Assembly: GCA_017463935.1 (NCBI GenBank)
Contig: JAFUEM010000024.1
Span: 1-41,787, forward strand
DNA length: 41,787 bases
From: Kiritimatiellia bacterium
GTDB taxonomy: Bacteria > Verrucomicrobiota > Kiritimatiellia > RFP12 > UBA1067
Direction of reading: 5' to 3'
Shown: in pieces, positions 38,301-41,787 of the stretch
Position numbering within the stretch: the first letter of the stretch is position 1
How the letters are laid out: the number at the start of each line of letters is the position of its first letter
Notes under the pieces: model-generated
What the model was told of the DNA's origin: nothing
The model's database searches: none
What the model saw: the letters and a program-made list of their open reading frames with translations, nothing else
Translations under genes and position numbers: made by a program

Positions 38301-40129
38301 ACCTGACGAAGACGAACGGCGCGACGGTGACGCTGTATGCGGTGTGGAAGGCGAACGCGTACACGGTGAAGTTCGACGGGAACGGGGCGACGTCGGGCAA
38401 GATGGCGGCGCAGGCGCGGACGTACGGCGACGGCAAGAAGCTGCCGGCGAATGCGTTCAAGCGCACGAACTACCATTTCCTGGGCTGGGCGACGGCGAAG
38501 GGCGGCGCCGTCAAGTACGCCGACAAGAAGGCGGCCAACCTGTCGAAGAAGGACGGCGCGACGGTGATCCTGTATGCCGTGTGGGAGATCAGCACGTACA
38601 AGGTGGCGTTCGACGGCAACGGGGCGACGTCGGGCACGATGAAGGCGCAGGCGGTCAACGTGGGCGCGGCGAAGGCGCTGCGGGCGAATGCGTTCGCGCG
38701 CACGGGCTGCACGTTCCTGGGCTGGGCGGCGAAGAGGGACGCGACGAAGGCGGACTACGCGGACCAGGCAAAGGTGAAGAACCTGACGAAGACGAACGGC
38801 GCGACGGTGACGCTGTACGCGGTGTGGAAGGCGAACGCGTACACGGTGAAGTTCGACGGCAACGGGGCGACGTCGGGCACGATGAAGAACCTTGCGATGA
38901 CGTACGGCAAGGCGAAGGTGCTGACGGCGAATGCGTTCAGGCGGACGAACTGGACGTTCCTGGGCTGGTCAACGAAAAAGGGCGCGACGGCGGCGGACTA
39001 CAAGGACCGGGCGAAGGTGAAGAACCTGTCGAAGAAAGCGGGCGCGACGGTGACCTTGTACGCGGTCTGGCGGCGCGACAGCTTCACGGTGAAGTTTGAC
39101 GGCAACGGGGCGACGTCGGGCGCGGTGAAGGCGCAGAAGATGGACACGGCCGCGAAGACGGCGCTGACGGCGAACGCGTTCAAGCGCGCGGGGTACGAGT
39201 TCCTGGGCTGGTCGACGAAGAAGGACGCGACGACGGCGACCTACGCGAACAAGGCGAAGGTGAAGGACCTCGCGAAGGCGGGCAAGAGCGTGACGCTCTA
39301 CGCGGTGTGGTCGCTCCCGGCATGGGCGCACGGCACGTTCAACGGCTCGGGCGGCTACATGCCGGACAGTCAGTACGCCGACTGGTCCGGCGGCGTGGCC
39401 GTGGCGAAGATCTCGTCGCTCGGCAAGCTGTCGGGCACGCTCACGCTGGAACACGACGGCGGCACAAAGGCGGTCGCGTTCTCGGCCAAGACGTTCAGCA
39501 AGTATTACGCGAGCCGGACGATTGACCAGTTGTGCGATCTGCTCGATTACGACGAGGAGGACGAGTATGGGATCCTGGACGACATGGCGGACGGCATCGC
39601 CCCTTCGACGGTGAGCGCCTACGTCTACAAGGGCGTGTCGTTCGCGATGCCGGACGCGACGACGCGCAAGGCGAATCTCGTGCTCCTGTCGTGGCCCTCG
39701 GGAGACGGGAAGACCCTCATGGGCCGGATCTGCCTGTCGATGATGGCGGACATTGAGCTGGAGCTGCGCGAGAATCTGTTCGTGTCGAAGCGCGTGACGC
39801 TGCCGCAGTTCAGCGGCACGCCGAAGAAGGCGTTCAAGGTGGCTGCGGCGGCCGAGGACGCCGAGGAATGGGAACGGGCGCTCGCGGAACTGACGAAGGT
39901 GGAGGTGACGTTCGGCGCGAACGGCCAGCTGACGATCGTCGGTCTCAACGGATCGAAGAAGGTCTGGACGACGTCGGCGACGCTGAACCTCTGGGGACGG
40001 GAGGGGAAGTCGTTTGACGTCGGCACGGACTTCCTGACGCCGACCGGCCGGTGCCTGTGGTTCGACTGCCGGCTCACGCCCGGCAAGGACGGCAAGATCA
40101 CGGCGAGCGGCATCACGTTCGAGTGGTGA
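35357..40129 (+). CDS. Large secreted protein: right-handed parallel beta-helix (pectin lyase-like) plus seven InlB-B/Flg_new repeats
   Basis: Signal peptide, FGAGRY and GGTWD motifs, many GNxI/xGI coils, FDGNGAT..NAFxRxGxxFLGW..TLYAVW repeats. Confidence 0.85.
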   Translation: MKRRILSRAVVAVLALSVCGRPLMAESFQATYEAADWLSSDVDAPTQGDSVSQQTDALQAMMRQAGEAARNGRVKVHFGAGRYVIDDYLPIYSNMSIELDDDATVVSVSEAAPGMLTAHHFDEDGGLCPRDESCRHAGYSQITNVTICGGTWDRNANPLCDTYIVRLVHGADIVISNVTFKAASDHFLNLSGTSNVVVRSVRFRDAVRYQGEDPGFWGKFAWGDETRYTTIEAVHLDYCSLEGEPNAHPLDETACQDVLIDGCSFSGVFAGVGTHHNPLGEKARGVTIVNSRFENCLSYACYAFGFSNLEIRNCDVRGGEGLVYASRSDLCAEENVVDSASASAVYVYDASDGLFRNNAFSNSCATVFRANGESRLVALTNVIHVAGRHGVSATGGRVVLSGNAISRTTENGVYVDGATAEVCDNEIAEPGTAGVRADNGAAVVACGNRISDAGTHGVSIGVNASFAISDNAILRGGANGVRVEQGADGGSVSGNEIASSGERGIYLLDVRDVRVEDNAIRDSALHGLFVQGGSVAAVGNAIDTTGKDANGVFLKQTTAMIATNTIANAGASGIRADDGTTLVASGNIITNPQAHGLSIGGLSSYRLDGNAVTDARKTGIFVSACQGGGSVSGNRIARSGESGISLVQSEGAVVSGNQVEVTGGFSEGIYVREAATATIRDNTALMTGGHAIRVQGAAGKPMTAVLSGNTAQTANPSYADIRVGDYCLNCVLTENVTSDGGIKVSKNETSGTRIIEPVCVYSVTFDGNGATGGKMAALSVNVGETTALTANAFTRTGWTFLGWATRKDATAADYADQAKVKDLAKTDGAKVTLYAVWKVNAYTVKFDGNGATSGAMAAQARTYGDGKALTANAFKRTNCHFLGWATTKGGAVKYTNKQAANLSAKAGATVTLYAVWKISAYKVAFDGNGATSGAVEAQAINVGAATALTANAFARTGYTFLGWSTKKDATAADYKDAAKVKNLTKTNGATVTLYAVWKANAYTVKFDGNGATSGKMAAQARTYGDGKKLPANAFKRTNYHFLGWATAKGGAVKYADKKAANLSKKDGATVILYAVWEISTYKVAFDGNGATSGTMKAQAVNVGAAKALRANAFARTGCTFLGWAAKRDATKADYADQAKVKNLTKTNGATVTLYAVWKANAYTVKFDGNGATSGTMKNLAMTYGKAKVLTANAFRRTNWTFLGWSTKKGATAADYKDRAKVKNLSKKAGATVTLYAVWRRDSFTVKFDGNGATSGAVKAQKMDTAAKTALTANAFKRAGYEFLGWSTKKDATTATYANKAKVKDLAKAGKSVTLYAVWSLPAWAHGTFNGSGGYMPDSQYADWSGGVAVAKISSLGKLSGTLTLEHDGGTKAVAFSAKTFSKYYASRTIDQLCDLLDYDEEDEYGILDDMADGIAPSTVSAYVYKGVSFAMPDATTRKANLVLLSWPSGDGKTLMGRICLSMMADIELELRENLFVSKRVTLPQFSGTPKKAFKVAAAAEDAEEWERALAELTKVEVTFGANGQLTIVGLNGSKKVWTTSATLNLWGREGKSFDVGTDFLTPTGRCLWFDCRLTPGKDGKITASGITFEW
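37637..39312 (+). repeat. Seven ~80-aa tandem repeats with 480-bp higher-order period
   Basis: FDGNG codons at 37649, 37892, 38129, 38372, 38609, 38852, 39095 (spacing 243/237/243/237/243/243). Confidence 0.92.
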
Positions 40130-40160
40130 GGGATCGAGGACACGATAAAAACTCTGGCTT

Positions 40161-41084
40161 GTGCGGCGTGCCTATTTGATAGACAAGGATTCTGTCGGCG
40201 GCGGGATGGAATACATCCGCCGCCAGATGGCGGCGCATTCCGGCGATGAATGCCGTGTGTTCTTCGCGGATCGCGGCGAATGCTCGGCCGGCATGATGAA
40301 CGAATGGGGTGCGTACATGATCCATGCCAACCACCTCAAGGCGCTCGTGCAGCTGTTCCGCAATCCGTTCGTGCGGCCCAGGGGAGAGGTCGTCTTTACC
40401 GTTCATGGCATCCATCTGCGCAAGTACGACTTCCTGCCGAAGACTGTTGCCAACCGCCTGAAGCGTGCTGCGCGCCGCGCGCTCGAGCGCCGCCTTTACC
40501 GCAAATGCGATGAACTGATCGCGCTCACGCCGACGGACGCCGCCGACATCCAGCGCCTCTACGGCCCCGGGCTCGCGGTGTCGATCGAGCCGAACACGGT
40601 CGACGCGGCAAAACTGCCGCGCCCGGCGAACCTGCGCTACGCGGCGGACGTTTTTGCTTTCGTCTGCATCGCGCGGTTCGATTTCCAGAAAGGTCAGGAT
40701 ACGCTGATCGACGCAATCGCGCGCGCACAGGGCGACCTGAGGCGCGCCGGGCGGCGCACGCTCCTGATCGGCGACGGACCGACGCTCGCGGCGACGAAGG
40801 AAGCGGCTACGAAGTCCGGCATTGCTGATCTCGTGGAATTCGCGGGCGAGATTCCTGATGCCGGAGTTTACATGACCTGTGGAAGAATTCTTGTCGCGCC
40901 CAGCCGCTGGGAAGGCATGCCTTATTTGCTTTTGGAAGCAGTCGCGAGAGGGCGGCGCGTCATCGCGTCCGACTGCCCCGGCAACCGCGACGTGCTGGCG
41001 GGCTACGCGCACGCGCGCCTCTTCCCGGTCGAGGATGCGGCGGCCCTCGCCCGGCTGATGGTGCAGGAGGAGGGAGCGCGATGA
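40161..41084 (+). CDS. Glycosyltransferase family 4
   Basis: GGGME, TVHG, ARFDFQKG, IGDGP, PSRWEGMPYLLLEA, ASDCPG. Confidence 0.9.
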   Translation: MRRAYLIDKDSVGGGMEYIRRQMAAHSGDECRVFFADRGECSAGMMNEWGAYMIHANHLKALVQLFRNPFVRPRGEVVFTVHGIHLRKYDFLPKTVANRLKRAARRALERRLYRKCDELIALTPTDAADIQRLYGPGLAVSIEPNTVDAAKLPRPANLRYAADVFAFVCIARFDFQKGQDTLIDAIARAQGDLRRAGRRTLLIGDGPTLAATKEAATKSGIADLVEFAGEIPDAGVYMTCGRILVAPSRWEGMPYLLLEAVARGRRVIASDCPGNRDVLAGYAHARLFPVEDAAALARLMVQEEGAR

Positions 41085-41787
41085 AGACGGCGCTGCTCCA
41101 TTACTGGCTGACGAATGTTCGCGGCGGCGAGAAGGTGCTCGCGGCTTTGGCCGGAATGTTTCCCGACGCCGACATCTTCACCCACGCATACCGCCCGGAG
41201 CGGCTGGCGGGGCTCTTCGCCGGGCACCGCGTGACGGAAAGCTTCATCGCGCGCCTGCCGTTCGGACGGCGACATCCGCAGGCGTACCTGCCGCTCCTGC
41301 CGCGCGCGTCGCGCGCGCTCAAGCTGGACGGCTACGATCTCGTCATTTCCAGCGAGTCGGGCCCGATCAAGGGCATCCGCAAGCCGGCAGGCGCGCGGCA
41401 CATCTGCTACTGCCATACTCCCATGCGCTATCTTTGGGACATGCACGACGACTACTATCGCTCGGCAAGGCCGTGCGGCAAGCTCGCAATGAAGTTATTC
41501 ACGGCATACCTTCGCCGCGAAGACCTGAAAAGCGCCGAGTCGGTCGACGCGTTCGTCGCCAACAGCGCGTTTGTCGCGGAGCGTATCAAACGCATCTACG
41601 GACGGGACTCCGCTGTCGTGCATCCGCCGGTGGACGTGGCGTTCTTCTCGGCCGCGCCGGCGGCGGAGAAGGGCGACTACTACCTCTTTGTCGGCGCACC
41701 TGTCGCCTACAAGCGGCTGGACCTCGCGGAGGCCGCGTGCCGGCGAATGGGCCGGCGGCTCGTCGTCGCGGGCGGCGGCAACGTCAC
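41081..41787 (+). CDS. Glycosyltransferase family 4 (WbaZ-like), truncated by the window end
   Basis: MKTALLHYWLTNVRGGEKVL, YDLVISS, HICYCHTPMRYLWD, ANSAFVAERI, HPPVD. ATGA-coupled. Confidence 0.88.
   Translation, partial: MKTALLHYWLTNVRGGEKVLAALAGMFPDADIFTHAYRPERLAGLFAGHRVTESFIARLPFGRRHPQAYLPLLPRASRALKLDGYDLVISSESGPIKGIRKPAGARHICYCHTPMRYLWDMHDDYYRSARPCGKLAMKLFTAYLRREDLKSAESVDAFVANSAFVAERIKRIYGRDSAVVHPPVDVAFFSAAPAAEKGDYYLFVGAPVAYKRLDLAEAACRRMGRRLVVAGGGNV

Noticed and set aside
36275-39099. Long alternative ORFs (36275..38476 -, 37630..39099 +) and similar ones such as 29472..31151 -, 16873..18624 -, 9067..10395 -
   Set aside because: Arg/Gly-rich shadow frames of GC-rich genes. They have no motifs and fully overlap well-supported CDSs.

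Overview
All credible genes lie on the + strand and form part of a large surface-polysaccharide locus from a GC-rich bacterium; a Kiritimatiellia/Verrucomicrobiota-like host is only my guess from protein style. Core genes: a WbaP/WcaJ-type initiating phosphoglycosyl transferase, a Wzm/Wzt ABC exporter, a short UDP-glucose dehydrogenase-like gene, and about 11 glycosyltransferases (GT2, GT8, GT4, GT32), several multidomain with coiled-coil tails. It also carries a pyruvyltransferase fusion with a frameshift, a CDP-polyol/LicD module, a G12-tract SGNH-like gene, and two secreted repeat proteins (CotH kinase and beta-helix, both with InlB-B-like repeats). The central part (~8.6-29.7 kb) looks like a cassette-shuffling region. 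Three AAA-ATPase/nuclease-type genes each sit directly behind a copy of the same glycosyltransferase 3'-tail DNA and have their own TGnTATAAT promoter. Many junctions hold collapsed head and/or tail gene stubs, most of which keep start/stop overlaps with their neighbours. I saw no rRNA, tRNA, CRISPR array, transposase or integrase. Family assignments come from motif recognition, not database searches.
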